DNA of 64,000 bases from a bacterium (GTDB taxonomy: Bacteria; Hinthialibacterota; Hinthialibacteria; Hinthialibacterales; Hinthialibacteraceae), in the NCBI GenBank assembly GCA_963662285.2, contig CAXXMV010000006.1:672001-736000 (forward strand). Direction: 5' to 3'. A model generated the notes under the pieces. That model was not told where the DNA came from. It made no database searches and saw only the letters and a list, made by a program, of their open reading frames with translations. Positions 51,744-62,295 of this stretch are shown in pieces (positions within the stretch are counted from its first letter, which is position 1; each line of letters opens with the position of its first letter). The position numbers and the translations under genes are program-made.

Positions 51744-52685
51744 ATGAATGATCAAATTATTCTTTCTTATGGCGAGGCCTTGTGGGATTTGTTGCCGACG
51801 GGTGAGGCGCTGGGGGGCGCTCCATTTAATTTTGCTTACCGGGCGCATTCACTGGGTAGCAAGTCGTTGATGATAACACGGTTGGGGCGTGATGATTATG
51901 GTCGGCGGGCGATGGATAAAATCATCGAACTGGGGATGGATAGCCGTTTGGTGCAATGGGATGAAGAGCGCCCGACCGGAACAGTTCAGATTCAGTTGGA
52001 TGAGCATAATCAACCTGATTATTATATTGTTCCCCATGCGGCCTATGACCGGATCGCGTTGACCGATGAGATGCTGGCTTGGGCGGCGCAGGCGAAATGC
52101 ATCTGTTTTGGAACGTTGGCGCAGCGGGAAGAAGGATCGCGCGCCACGCTGTTGAGATTACTGGAGGAGATGCAGGGGAAAATGAAACTGCTGGATATCA
52201 ACCTGCGCAAGGATTGTTTCAGTACTGATGTTATCACCCGGTCGTTGGATGAGGCCACGATGTTGAAATTGAACGAAGACGAGGCGCCGTATTTAAGCGA
52301 CCTGTTTTCTTTGCCGGATAATATACCCGATTTTTGTTATGCTGCGATTGAGCGCTGGTCGTTGTCGCATTGCATGATAACCCTGGGAGACAAAGGCGTG
52401 TTCGCCGGTTCAGCGGATGGCGGGGCTGTTTATGCTCCAGGTTTTAAGGTTGAACTGGCTGATCCATGCGGCGCCGGGGATGCATTTACCGCCGGTTTTA
52501 TTGATCGATTGTTTCGCGGTAAGGCATTGGGTGAATGCTGCCGATTTGGTAATGCGCTGGGGGCGCTGGTCGCTGCTCAACCGGGCGCCACTGTTCCTGT
52601 CTCGATTGATAAGATACAAAATTTTCTTGATTGTAAACCTGTAGAAATGATTGATGATAGTTTGCAAGATTTCATGACGGGTTGA
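51744..52685 (+). CDS. PfkB-family carbohydrate kinase (fructokinase-like)
   Basis: GGAPFN, DINLR, KLNEDE, DPCGAGDAF. Confidence 0.92.
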   Translation: MNDQIILSYGEALWDLLPTGEALGGAPFNFAYRAHSLGSKSLMITRLGRDDYGRRAMDKIIELGMDSRLVQWDEERPTGTVQIQLDEHNQPDYYIVPHAAYDRIALTDEMLAWAAQAKCICFGTLAQREEGSRATLLRLLEEMQGKMKLLDINLRKDCFSTDVITRSLDEATMLKLNEDEAPYLSDLFSLPDNIPDFCYAAIERWSLSHCMITLGDKGVFAGSADGGAVYAPGFKVELADPCGAGDAFTAGFIDRLFRGKALGECCRFGNALGALVAAQPGATVPVSIDKIQNFLDCKPVEMIDDSLQDFMTG

Positions 52686-52777
52686 ATTTTCGGGAATTTT
52701 CTTGCTCGACTGGTGATTAGACCTATAATCTATATAAAATCGGTCAAGATTTTTAAACCAAGGAGCGAGGCGCCATT

Positions 52778-53251
52778 ATGAAGAAAAAAACTAATATTAT
52801 AGTGCTATGTCTTATAGTCGCATCAATGTCAATTTATTCGTTGCAGACATATTCACATTGTCAGATTCCATGCGGCATCTATGACGATGAGATGCGGTTT
52901 ACTATGTTGCTGGAGCATATAACCACTATCGAAAAAAGTATGAAATTGATTGATGAGTTGAGCGCTGATGATGCAGCTGCGCATACCAATCAGATTGTGC
53001 GTTGGGTTAATAATAAAGAGAACCACGCCGATGCATTCACCGAAATTGTAACGCAGTATTTTCTGGCGCAGCGCATTAAACCAGTGGATGCCGCAGACAA
53101 AGCCGACTATGGAGATTATACCAAGAAACTGGTATTGCTTCATAAAATGATGGTGTCGGCTATGAAATCGAAGCAGACCACGGATGTTAAGCACACGGAA
53201 GATTTGAAAAAACTGGTCAAGGATTTTCATGACCTATATGGTCATAAATAA
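52778..53251 (+). CDS. sodN: Nickel superoxide dismutase precursor
   Basis: Ni-hook HCQIPCGIYD directly after a cleavable leader; RWV..KE.HA. Confidence 0.93.
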   Translation: MKKKTNIIVLCLIVASMSIYSLQTYSHCQIPCGIYDDEMRFTMLLEHITTIEKSMKLIDELSADDAAAHTNQIVRWVNNKENHADAFTEIVTQYFLAQRIKPVDAADKADYGDYTKKLVLLHKMMVSAMKSKQTTDVKHTEDLKKLVKDFHDLYGHK

Positions 53252-53303
53252 AAGCGGTTATAGTTGAATTATCAGATTAACTTAAGTGGTATTAACGTTC
53301 CCC

Positions 53304-54446
53304 TCACCCTAGCCCTCTCCCGGCGGGAGAGGGGATTGTTTTTAAAGAGGGGACTATTTTAATCATGGTCATTTCGGGGGGGCAGAATAATCTTATGGGG
53401 GGGATGCCGCGGGCGTGTTCGCTGCCTACTCCTGCCGATACATTGATGGTGGTTTGGCCGACTTTGCGGTATCCGCGTCCCCATTGGCGGGGGAATTCGC
53501 ATAACACTGATAGCGGACCAATGCCCGGGATGCGGATTTGCCCGCCGTGAGTGTGACCAGCCAGACACAGGTCGATGGGCATATCGGAAACATGGAGTAT
53601 GAAGGTGGGCATGTGACCCAGCAGAATGGTGAGTTCATTGGCTTGGCAGGTATCAAGCCAGGCGCGGGTGGCGCTAGAGTCGAATCTTTTGTGACGCGAT
53701 TGCCGCAGGTGCAGCCCGAAGATTCGGATGTTGGTTCCATAGTAAGGGATGATGGCTTCGGTTGCGTATAGGATTTTCATGGGGCCAATGCCGTTATGTA
53801 AATCATGGGGAAGAAAGTCATCGGTGTTGCCTTCGATAGTGTACATTCCCAGGGGCGGGGATAACTGCTCGAATAGCGCTGAGATTTTGGGGATTTCTGA
53901 ATCCCAGGTTGCGGGAGGTCGGGGCTGCAGCAAGTCGCCGGTGTGGAGAATTAAATCGGGATTGAGCTGTTTGATCTTCTCGAAAACTGACGCTTCATAA
54001 TCGCTTACCGCGGCTGATTGAATATCGGAGATGTGCAGTACATTGAGGGGCTGCGAAATTTTATCTGTGGCGTAAGTCACTGTGCGAACCTTGAGTTGAT
54101 AAGGTTCGATATGGGACGCGTAGTAATGCAGCATTAATAATGCAAACCCGGCCAGCGCTGAACCCAACGCATAGCGGTTCACGGCGATGCATTTGCGGTG
54201 TTTATAGGTCGCCTGGTAAGCGGCGGTTCCAGTGATTAACAGGAAAACGGGGAAGAGGATAGTATTAAAAAAGTAAGCCTTGCCCACGAACTCGAAAAAC
54301 CTGACGAATTGCAGCAATAATTCCAGACCAAAATATAGATTGATAATGATAAAGCAGGTCGGCTGCAACCATAGGAGCACTGCAATAGAACGCAAACGTC
54401 TATCTGTTATGGGATGATCAGGGGTGATGGTGTTTATTTTTTGCAT
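53304..54446 (-). CDS. Membrane-anchored metallophosphoesterase (YkuE-like)
   Basis: HISDIQ, TGD, GNTD, LGH.P, AGHTHGGQ. Confidence 0.88.
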   Translation of the reverse strand: MQKINTITPDHPITDRRLRSIAVLLWLQPTCFIIINLYFGLELLLQFVRFFEFVGKAYFFNTILFPVFLLITGTAAYQATYKHRKCIAVNRYALGSALAGFALLMLHYYASHIEPYQLKVRTVTYATDKISQPLNVLHISDIQSAAVSDYEASVFEKIKQLNPDLILHTGDLLQPRPPATWDSEIPKISALFEQLSPPLGMYTIEGNTDDFLPHDLHNGIGPMKILYATEAIIPYYGTNIRIFGLHLRQSRHKRFDSSATRAWLDTCQANELTILLGHMPTFILHVSDMPIDLCLAGHTHGGQIRIPGIGPLSVLCEFPRQWGRGYRKVGQTTINVSAGVGSEHARGIPPIRLFCPPEMTMIKIVPSLKTIPSPAGRGLG

Positions 54447-54974
54447 GAAATATATTTTGTATCCTGAATATTAGACCTATAGCAAAACCAACTCATTCAA
54501 ATGTAAATGACTTGTTAAAAAAACTTGAGCGCCAATGAAAGTATATTTTCTGTACTTGTTTGAGTTTACCTCTTTTTTTCCAGAATTCCCACCAACGATC
54601 CACATGGAAGACAGAATCATCATTCAGTTCATAGTTCCTATAGCGGGATTTTACGCCTCAAAATGATGCGCCCACAGATATCAACATTACCAATTTGACC
54701 ATCCAGGAAAACTCAGGCAATAGCGTAGTAGGCGATCTGTCTACAACTGATCCAGATAATTGATGGATTTTTTTTTATCTTCGATGCTATACTTCAATGT
54801 AGTCGTGTGAATAACACTATAATTTTCGTCCATATAATCTACCTTTAGCCTCCATGCGTTGCACTGGTAAGGTTCGTTGAGGTTTTCATCTATTATGATT
54901 TTCCATCTTCGTCAGAATTTCGAAGGTGGTCGATTTTATAGGAATAGACATCTGCACCGTTTGAGGTCTGCATA

Positions 54975-57900
54975 ATGCAAGAGAGATTACCGCATCACCT
55001 TAGGCATGGTTTAAGATATTTAACTCTTCTATTAAATAACTTGTTATTTATTTGTGTTTTTTTATCTGGAAGCGCGTGGTCGCAGAAATCGCCATATTGG
55101 CGATTCTGGACGGCTGAGGATGGCCTGGGTGAATCATTTTCTTCATCAGTAACCATTAGTCATAATGGGAATATTTGGGTAAACCATGGAGATATAGAAC
55201 ATATAACCAGGCTCGATGGCTATATAGTGCACAATATCTTAAGTCCAGGTACAGATGTTAAGGTTTTTGAAAACCGATTCGGGCAGATCTGGTCAATCAA
55301 TAAGGATGGATTTATAGAATTTAAGGATGGAGAGTGGATTAGTTATCCAATAAATGAATTCTCTGAAATTTACGAAATTGATGGAATTGATTATGAAGCG
55401 CTTCCATTTTTCCCAATCAATCGCGACCAAATAATTTTTCTTCTACCCAATCGCCTGATGTTGTACAATGCTTCAACCAAAGAAAAAATTTTAATAAAAC
55501 ATGTTGATGATACCCATATGGAGTCATTCATAAATATGACTGTTTCCTGCTTGGGGGAAATCTGTATCACTGGAAAAAAAGGCATCACGATAATTCACCA
55601 AATAGAAGGCCAATCTGTTATTGCCGCCAAGTGGAATGAGTATGCTGTAGGCAGTTCCTTGGGTTTGGTTGATTTTCAAGAGCCAGTTGATACAGTTGAT
55701 GGCGGCTTTCTTATTATTGCTTCGGATATGCAAAAAGGGAAAAAAGTTTTGGTAAAGTTTACTGCTGATACTTTGAATATTTTATCCCAAAACATAGGAG
55801 ACATGATCTGTTGCTGGCCAGATAATGATAATGGCTTTTGGGCTTCTGAATTTCCTTCTCAACATCTAGCGCGTATTTTAGCAAACGGAGATCGTTTTAC
55901 AGTTGAAAATGATTCATTATCAGGTTCAATAAATGATGTCGCACTAGATGTAAATGGAGTGTTTTGGCTTGGTACTTCTCAAAATTTGGCAAGATACGCG
56001 CCCCCACTTTGGTCTACTCCTGTAAGCATTGACCATATAAAAAGCATAGTACATGCTATACGTGAAGATGAAAAAGGGCGCTTGTGGTTTGCCGCAACGG
56101 ACAGACTGGTTCTGTTGCAAGACGAAATTTGGAAAGTATATCCATTGCCGGATGCTATGCGTTCAGATTTTACAACAACGCAATGTTTATGTATTTTACC
56201 CGATGGACGAATAGTAATACAAACTCGAAAAAACAGTAAAGATATACTTGTTTTCAATCCACAAACTGAACAATTCGAGATTGAAAAGCAACCGGAGAGG
56301 AGAAAAGTTCGCTTCATTTCTCAATCCAGAGGAGATGATCTGTGGCTTCAAACAGGTTCTTCAAGTGATTATCGGCTCGAATTGTTTGACGGAGTGAATT
56401 TTCGTTCTGTGTTAGACCTTGGGGATCAATGGAATATTGATAATCTTCGATATCTCCATGAAACCAATGACGGCGATCTTTGGATAGGGGGTACAGGAGG
56501 TCTGGCGCTTTACAGTGATGGTAAATATAGCATTTTCGATAATAGTAAGGGCTTTTCAGGCGATGGTGCGTTCATTATTGAGCAAATCGGGGAGGGGAAA
56601 ATATGGATTGGAGACCGGAGCAAAATATACGAATTCGATGGTGAGCATTTTACTGAAATTTGGGACGGTTTGGACAAGGGACGTTCCATGATCGCAAGCA
56701 GTAATGGAAATGTTTGGGTAGCAGCAGGAAATGGGCTGCATCGCCAAATGGATAATTCATGGATTACCTATACGGTTGAAGACGGCCTTCCATCCACAAT
56801 AACATATACCGTATTTGAAGATAGCAAAGGACGTATTTGGTCGGGAACGGCGCGGGGTATCGGGCTTTTCAATCCAAATGCAGATAATGACCCTCCTGAA
56901 ACCATTATGGATTTTGACAAAAGTATTGATGAAGTCCCACCCATAGGAGACGCTCTTATTTTTTATTCCGGGATTGATAAATGGAAATTTACTGAAGAAC
57001 ACAGACTTTTGTTCTCATATCGTTTAGATAATAGTCCCTGGAGCCTTTTTTCCGAGAAAAAATTCACATTTTTCAAAGGTTTATCTTATGGAGATCACTT
57101 TTTTGAAGTGCGTGTGATGGATCGCAACGGGAATATAGATCCAACACCAGCTAATTTTAACTTTACGGTTTTATTGCCGTGGTATAGAGAGGCCGGTTTT
57201 ATTATATTCTCTTCAATTGGAATGATCATTATCTTCCTCTTATTAGGATATGCAATTACGCGATATCTTTGGCTGGAAAAATTGATTGAACTTCACACTG
57301 CTGAGTTAACAGCGCTCAACCTATCCATGGAACAGGAAATAACCGAAAGCGAGGAACGATATCGCGTGATATTGGAAGATTCGCCGGTGTTGATCTGTCG
57401 TTTTCTGCCAAACGGCAAAATCGTGTTTGTTAACAAAGCTTTCTGCAAATACTTCGGCAAGACGCCTGAGGTATTGATCGGTTCAAATTTTATGTTAATG
57501 ATTCCCGATGAGGTTCGGGAAGAAGTGATGGCCAAAGTTACAGCGCTTAAGGCTGAGTCGCCGACGCAGTCGTATGAGTACCAGGTGATCGCGCCGGGCG
57601 TCGATATCCGCTGGCAACGATGGACTTACCGTGCGCTTTTCGATTCCAAGGGACAAACTCTCGCTTATCAGTCCATCGGCGAAGACATCACTGAACATAA
57701 ACGGGCGGAGGAAGAATTATTTAAAGCCCGTAAACTGGAATCAATTGGCATCCTTGCAGGTGGAATTGCCCATGATTTTAATAATCTTCTAACGGCTATC
57801 ATTGGCAACAACTCATTAGTAAAAATGTTATGCAAATCATCAAGTAAAGTTACCATGTGTTTGAATGAAGTTGAAAAAGCAGCGTTCCGGGCGCAAGGCC

Positions 57901-58850
57901 TGACTCAACAATTGCTTACTTTTTCCAAAGGCGGAGCCCCTGTAAAAGAAAGCGCAAATGTCATTGACCTTATAAAAGATACAGCAACATTTTCCTTGCG
58001 TGGTTCGAATGTTTCCTGCGTCTTTCGTTTTCAAGAGGATCTTTGGCTGGTCAATGTAGATAAAGGGCAGTTTAGCCAGGTTATTCAAAATCTGGTGATT
58101 AATGCAAATCAGGCAATGCCGGATGGTGGAACCATTGAAATAATCGGGGAGAATATAAGACTTTCAGATGATGACGTAAAGAATGATTCGAATCTCCGAG
58201 AGGGAGATTATGTAAAACTTTCGATTAAGGATCAGGGTACTGGCATATTAAAAGAACATCTGCAAAAATTATTTGATCCCTATTTTACCACAAAACCAAA
58301 AGGCAATGGATTGGGATTAGCCACAACGTATTCCATCATGAAAAATCATGATGGAATAATAACGGTTGAATCGCAAATAGGAACAGGAACCACCTTTACT
58401 CTTTATCTTCCTATCGCAACGGTAAAAACTTTGAAAGAACAAGTTACCGTCCAGAAAAAAAATATAACATGCAAGGGGCGGATTTTGATCATGGATGATG
58501 AAAAAATGATCAGAGATGTCGCTGGTAATATACTTAGTCAAATGGGTTATGAAGTTTATTTTGCCAAGGAAGGAAATGAAACTATCAAAAAGTACCTTGA
58601 TGCCAGGGATTCGGGGAATCCAATTAACATCCTAATTATGGATTTGACAATACCGGGAGGTATGGGCGGCGAGGAAACCTTGAAAAGATTGTTAGACATT
58701 GATCCGCTAGTCAAAGCTGTTGTTTCAAGCGGATATTCAGGCGATCCTATAATGGCTGAATATAAAAAATATGGATTTGTTGGAGTAATCAGCAAACCAT
58801 ACAACATTGAAGAGTTGGGTATAGTATTACAGAATGTGTTGAGTGAGTAG
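54975..58850 (+). CDS. Hybrid sensor kinase (beta-propeller repeats, Y_Y_Y, PAS, HisKA, HATPase, REC)
   Basis: EDSKGRIW-type propeller repeats, FSYRLD...D.TPA, AHDFNN, GLGLA, MDDE...DLTIP...KPY. Confidence 0.93.
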   Translation: MQERLPHHLRHGLRYLTLLLNNLLFICVFLSGSAWSQKSPYWRFWTAEDGLGESFSSSVTISHNGNIWVNHGDIEHITRLDGYIVHNILSPGTDVKVFENRFGQIWSINKDGFIEFKDGEWISYPINEFSEIYEIDGIDYEALPFFPINRDQIIFLLPNRLMLYNASTKEKILIKHVDDTHMESFINMTVSCLGEICITGKKGITIIHQIEGQSVIAAKWNEYAVGSSLGLVDFQEPVDTVDGGFLIIASDMQKGKKVLVKFTADTLNILSQNIGDMICCWPDNDNGFWASEFPSQHLARILANGDRFTVENDSLSGSINDVALDVNGVFWLGTSQNLARYAPPLWSTPVSIDHIKSIVHAIREDEKGRLWFAATDRLVLLQDEIWKVYPLPDAMRSDFTTTQCLCILPDGRIVIQTRKNSKDILVFNPQTEQFEIEKQPERRKVRFISQSRGDDLWLQTGSSSDYRLELFDGVNFRSVLDLGDQWNIDNLRYLHETNDGDLWIGGTGGLALYSDGKYSIFDNSKGFSGDGAFIIEQIGEGKIWIGDRSKIYEFDGEHFTEIWDGLDKGRSMIASSNGNVWVAAGNGLHRQMDNSWITYTVEDGLPSTITYTVFEDSKGRIWSGTARGIGLFNPNADNDPPETIMDFDKSIDEVPPIGDALIFYSGIDKWKFTEEHRLLFSYRLDNSPWSLFSEKKFTFFKGLSYGDHFFEVRVMDRNGNIDPTPANFNFTVLLPWYREAGFIIFSSIGMIIIFLLLGYAITRYLWLEKLIELHTAELTALNLSMEQEITESEERYRVILEDSPVLICRFLPNGKIVFVNKAFCKYFGKTPEVLIGSNFMLMIPDEVREEVMAKVTALKAESPTQSYEYQVIAPGVDIRWQRWTYRALFDSKGQTLAYQSIGEDITEHKRAEEELFKARKLESIGILAGGIAHDFNNLLTAIIGNNSLVKMLCKSSSKVTMCLNEVEKAAFRAQGLTQQLLTFSKGGAPVKESANVIDLIKDTATFSLRGSNVSCVFRFQEDLWLVNVDKGQFSQVIQNLVINANQAMPDGGTIEIIGENIRLSDDDVKNDSNLREGDYVKLSIKDQGTGILKEHLQKLFDPYFTTKPKGNGLGLATTYSIMKNHDGIITVESQIGTGTTFTLYLPIATVKTLKEQVTVQKKNITCKGRILIMDDEKMIRDVAGNILSQMGYEVYFAKEGNETIKKYLDARDSGNPINILIMDLTIPGGMGGEETLKRLLDIDPLVKAVVSSGYSGDPIMAEYKKYGFVGVISKPYNIEELGIVLQNVLSE

Positions 58851-59009
58851 TTTACTGTAATCAACATATCTTCCGCTAAGAGAGTATTTATCCGTCTGAT
58901 TTATCTTGGTAACAAACTAAAAATGAGAATTTACTTGACATCTGGGGTATAGGTATTAGCTTATATAAAATAATGTTGAATTTTAACAATAATAAGGAAG
59001 GGTATTAAC

Positions 59010-59513
59010 ATGGAACGTACTGGAGTTATTACATTCAAAGGAAACGCTTTGACTTTGTTGGGAGCAGAACCGAAAATTGGAGACGCTGCACCAGATTTCA
59101 CCGTAACGGATAATGGTTTGGGCGCTGTCAAACTATCGGATTTCAAAGGCAGCACCGTGATTATTTCCGCAGTACCATCGCTGGATACGCCGGTCTGTGA
59201 ATTGCAAACCAAGCGTTTTAATGAAGAAGCCGCTAAATTGGACGCCAAAGTCCTGACTATCAGCATGGATCTTCCCTTCGCCCAGGCCCGGTTTTGCGAA
59301 GCGCATAAAGTTGAAGGCGTTTCATGTCTGTCGGATTACAAAGACCGTTCGTTCGCCGAGGCTTATGGCTTGATGATTAAAGAACTGGCATTGATTACCA
59401 GAGCCGTATTTGTCATCGATAAAGAAGGCAAACTGATTTACCAACAAATCGTGCCCGAAGTGACCGATGAACCTAATTATGCTGAAGTTCTTGAAGTTGC
59501 TAAAAATGCCTGA
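59010..59513 (+). CDS. tpx: Thiol peroxidase (atypical 2-Cys peroxiredoxin)
   Basis: VPSLDTPVC, SMDLPFAQARFC, EP.Y. Confidence 0.95.
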   Translation: MERTGVITFKGNALTLLGAEPKIGDAAPDFTVTDNGLGAVKLSDFKGSTVIISAVPSLDTPVCELQTKRFNEEAAKLDAKVLTISMDLPFAQARFCEAHKVEGVSCLSDYKDRSFAEAYGLMIKELALITRAVFVIDKEGKLIYQQIVPEVTDEPNYAEVLEVAKNA

Positions 59514-59551
59514 TCTTCAGGCTAGGTTTTAAGCAAATATATTAATAATAA

Positions 59552-59580
59552 GAAAGGGGACAAGATGATTGTCCCCTTTC
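59552..59580. terminator. Bidirectional terminator hairpin between convergent genes
   Basis: 12-bp stem GAAAGGGGACAA/TTGTCCCCTTTC. Confidence 0.7.
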
Positions 59581-59581
59581 G

Positions 59582-61564
59582 TTATTCAACTGTTATGGCG
59601 ACAAGGAACGGGGCGCAGTTGGTCATTTTGGAGATGTAATCAATGCTTTTAACTTGTACATCAGGCCGTGGATTTTTCCAGGTGGTTTTGAATAACCTGA
59701 TGGGATTTGAGGCCGCATTGATGTCATCCTCTTGTTTAGTAGTATCCATGCCGACAATGGTCTTGATAACTGATTCTATACGCGCTCTTTTGGGATTGCG
59801 TTGGTATTTTATGATAGTCCTCGACAAATCATTGGCGCCCTGCCATGCAATAACCGTGTTTTCCGGTTCCAGGGTTTCATATCGATAACGCCACCAGTCC
59901 AATAGATGATTGCCGTAGATGATTTTGCATTCATGGGTAGTGTCATCTGAGTAATTGAAAATGTATGAACCGATATGCATTCCATACTGCGTTTGCCAAC
60001 TGGTGGCATGTAATACGTGAAACTTTTCAAAAGTTTTATCCACTTTGATGTCTCTTACCTGTTCGGGAAATAGAGCGCCTTCACTCTTCATCACCCTTCC
60101 CAATAGCTGAACTACGCCGCGGATGTCAAACTGAACATCGTCGAATTCCTGAATCCCCGATGGAATATCAGCCAGATCGTTAACAAGCGACTTGAGAGAT
60201 GCAGGTGTTACGCTATCCACGGTTTGCCAGGTTCCAATCAGTCCAGCATTGTAATAATCTGTCAGATCAATCAGATTACCGCCCGCTTTTGGATCACGGT
60301 CTGGAATATATTGGCGGTCGATGCCTTTACCCGGGTGATTGATATATTTGGGAATATGTTTCGAGTCTGATGTCGCGATCAGTTTAAGTTTAGCATTCCA
60401 GCCTGATGGTTCTTTCTGTTCAACAACAATTTGTTCTTCATCATTGCCTTGGTTGGCATAGGCGAAATCCAGTACGCTGAGTGAGGCGACTACAATCCCC
60501 CAGAACATCAAGAAACAGACGATCCACTCCAAGGAAAGAGGAAAATAGGGGATGCCGTTGGCCAGTCGTCTCAGACGGGAATTGATTTTGCTGGAACGCA
60601 CCATAGGCGCCGCGTTGAGCGCATAGGCCTGGTTGGATATCTCCAAAGCAATTTTTGCTAAACTACCAGCATAATGATCTGTATTACCCAAGACTTGGGC
60701 CGCTCTTAGATCGCACGAATATTCACAAGCTTTTTCATGTGATCTACGAATACCCCAGACCAGGGGGTGAATCCATAAAAAGGCATGTAAAAACCGGAAA
60801 CAAGCCATCCAGAAAAGATCATGGTTACAGATATGAGATAATTCGTGAGCGAATATAGAGGCTAAATCGTTTAGATAATCAGCCTGAGACATTCGTTGGG
60901 GAAGAATAATCATGGGATTAAAACAACCATAGATATAGGGAACATCAGTTTTTGATGAGATGCGAACTTTTACATTATGACGGCATCCTAATTGCGACGC
61001 ATATTGGCCGCATAAATTTTGCATCTTTTCATCGACCGGCGTGGAATCCGAGATTTCATGGACCAGTTTGTATTGGTGATAGAGAATGCGGATCAATAAA
61101 ATGGTAATCCCTATGCACCAGGCCAATAAAATCGCAATTAATACTTGCCTTATGATTGCCTCGTTTGGCAAATATTGTTCTTTAGATATATCAGAAATAG
61201 TATTTGAAACTATAGGCGTTGTGAGGTTGTCAGTTTTTTTGTTGATTGCATCTATTGAATTAGAACTCTTACTTGCTTCGATGGGAATAGATTTGTTTGA
61301 ATCCACGAGATCGGTATCAGCGGCGATCCTTGGCTGATTATCAACGTGAAAGAGTGATACGGAATATTTCGGGCTGAACAAAGTCATGATGGGCAGGCAA
61401 ATCAAACTAAGTGCAAAGACGCGCCAGGCGGCGACGCGCCATTGCGCTCGACTCGCCGGAATCAAAAAATGAACCAGCCACGCCGCGCTCAGTAATAAAG
61501 TTACTTTTAATAGAACATTGATCCAGAAAATATCGGTTGTTAATTCGCTGTGTATAGGAAACAT
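59582..61564 (-). CDS. BlaR1/MecR1-like M56 peptidase with a non-penicillin-binding C-terminal domain
   Basis: AHELSH, W.HPL.W, E.SCD; AAGGAG RBS before ATG 61564. Confidence 0.88.
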   Translation of the reverse strand: MFPIHSELTTDIFWINVLLKVTLLLSAAWLVHFLIPASRAQWRVAAWRVFALSLICLPIMTLFSPKYSVSLFHVDNQPRIAADTDLVDSNKSIPIEASKSSNSIDAINKKTDNLTTPIVSNTISDISKEQYLPNEAIIRQVLIAILLAWCIGITILLIRILYHQYKLVHEISDSTPVDEKMQNLCGQYASQLGCRHNVKVRISSKTDVPYIYGCFNPMIILPQRMSQADYLNDLASIFAHELSHICNHDLFWMACFRFLHAFLWIHPLVWGIRRSHEKACEYSCDLRAAQVLGNTDHYAGSLAKIALEISNQAYALNAAPMVRSSKINSRLRRLANGIPYFPLSLEWIVCFLMFWGIVVASLSVLDFAYANQGNDEEQIVVEQKEPSGWNAKLKLIATSDSKHIPKYINHPGKGIDRQYIPDRDPKAGGNLIDLTDYYNAGLIGTWQTVDSVTPASLKSLVNDLADIPSGIQEFDDVQFDIRGVVQLLGRVMKSEGALFPEQVRDIKVDKTFEKFHVLHATSWQTQYGMHIGSYIFNYSDDTTHECKIIYGNHLLDWWRYRYETLEPENTVIAWQGANDLSRTIIKYQRNPKRARIESVIKTIVGMDTTKQEDDINAASNPIRLFKTTWKNPRPDVQVKSIDYISKMTNCAPFLVAITVE

Positions 61565-61575
61565 GATTGCACTCC

Positions 61576-61956
61576 TTAGTCGGGAGATTTTTGGTCTAAT
61601 CGCTTCTTGGCAATTATCTGTAATTCTTTGATATCCTGTTCTGACAGTTTTTCGGTTTCCATTAAATGGGCGATCAAAGCTGCTGATGAACCGCCGCAAA
61701 ATGCGTTCTTTACTTTCTGAACCATTTTATGCATCGCATTTTGCTGAGGCGTTTTGGCTTCATAGAAATATGCTTTGCCGTTTTTAGTACGAGTAACATG
61801 GCCTTTTTCTACCAGTACGCGCAGCGCCGCCCGTACGGCGGCGTTTTTGATGGAGCGGGGATGCAATTCCTGAACCGCACCCGGTTTCAAAGCGCCATGC
61901 TTCCATAAGATTTGCATAATTTCCAATTCACCGAGGGTAAACTGAGCCATAATCAT
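61576..61956 (-). CDS. BlaI/MecI/CopY family transcriptional repressor
   Basis: ELEIMQILW, LVEKG.V.R.K.GKAY.Y, F.GGS...LI.HL. Confidence 0.92.
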   Translation of the reverse strand: MIMAQFTLGELEIMQILWKHGALKPGAVQELHPRSIKNAAVRAALRVLVEKGHVTRTKNGKAYFYEAKTPQQNAMHKMVQKVKNAFCGGSSAALIAHLMETEKLSEQDIKELQIIAKKRLDQKSPD

Positions 61957-61984
61957 TTCTCCGTTGTATGTGTAGCGAAACCTT

Positions 61985-62027
61985 CACTTGCAAGTGTAGA
62001 TAATACTACAGTACGAAGCTTTGTCAA
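61985..62027 (-). promoter_or_regulatory. Sigma70-type promoter with an overlapping palindromic operator for the BlaI-like repressor
   Basis: Minus strand TTGACA (62027-62022), 16 bp, TATTAT (62005-62000); TGTAG-N6-CTACA 61995-62010 and CACTTGCAAGTG 61985-61996. Confidence 0.65.
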
Positions 62028-62207
62028 TTAATATTCAATATTTTTTTATTTTTATAAAATAAAACTAATATCAAGGGTGAGATGAAGCCATGGAATAATC
62101 GTAAGCTGAGTTATATCAAATTATTGATAGATGAGTCAATGTATAGAAAATAATTGAACAAGCTTTGTATTCGCCTCATCTAATGATTATGTTCATGTTT
62201 TTTACAC

Positions 62208-62245
62208 ATTATGACAAGGATGCAAACATGCATCCTTGTCATAAT
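62208..62245 (-). terminator. Hairpin downstream of the FG-GAP gene, probable terminator
   Basis: 17-bp stem ATTATGACAAGGATGCA/TGCATCCTTGTCATAAT. Confidence 0.6.
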
Positions 62246-62295
62246 GATTGAATATTTCAAAAAGATGTTCATCCAGAATAGGATAATTATTATTT

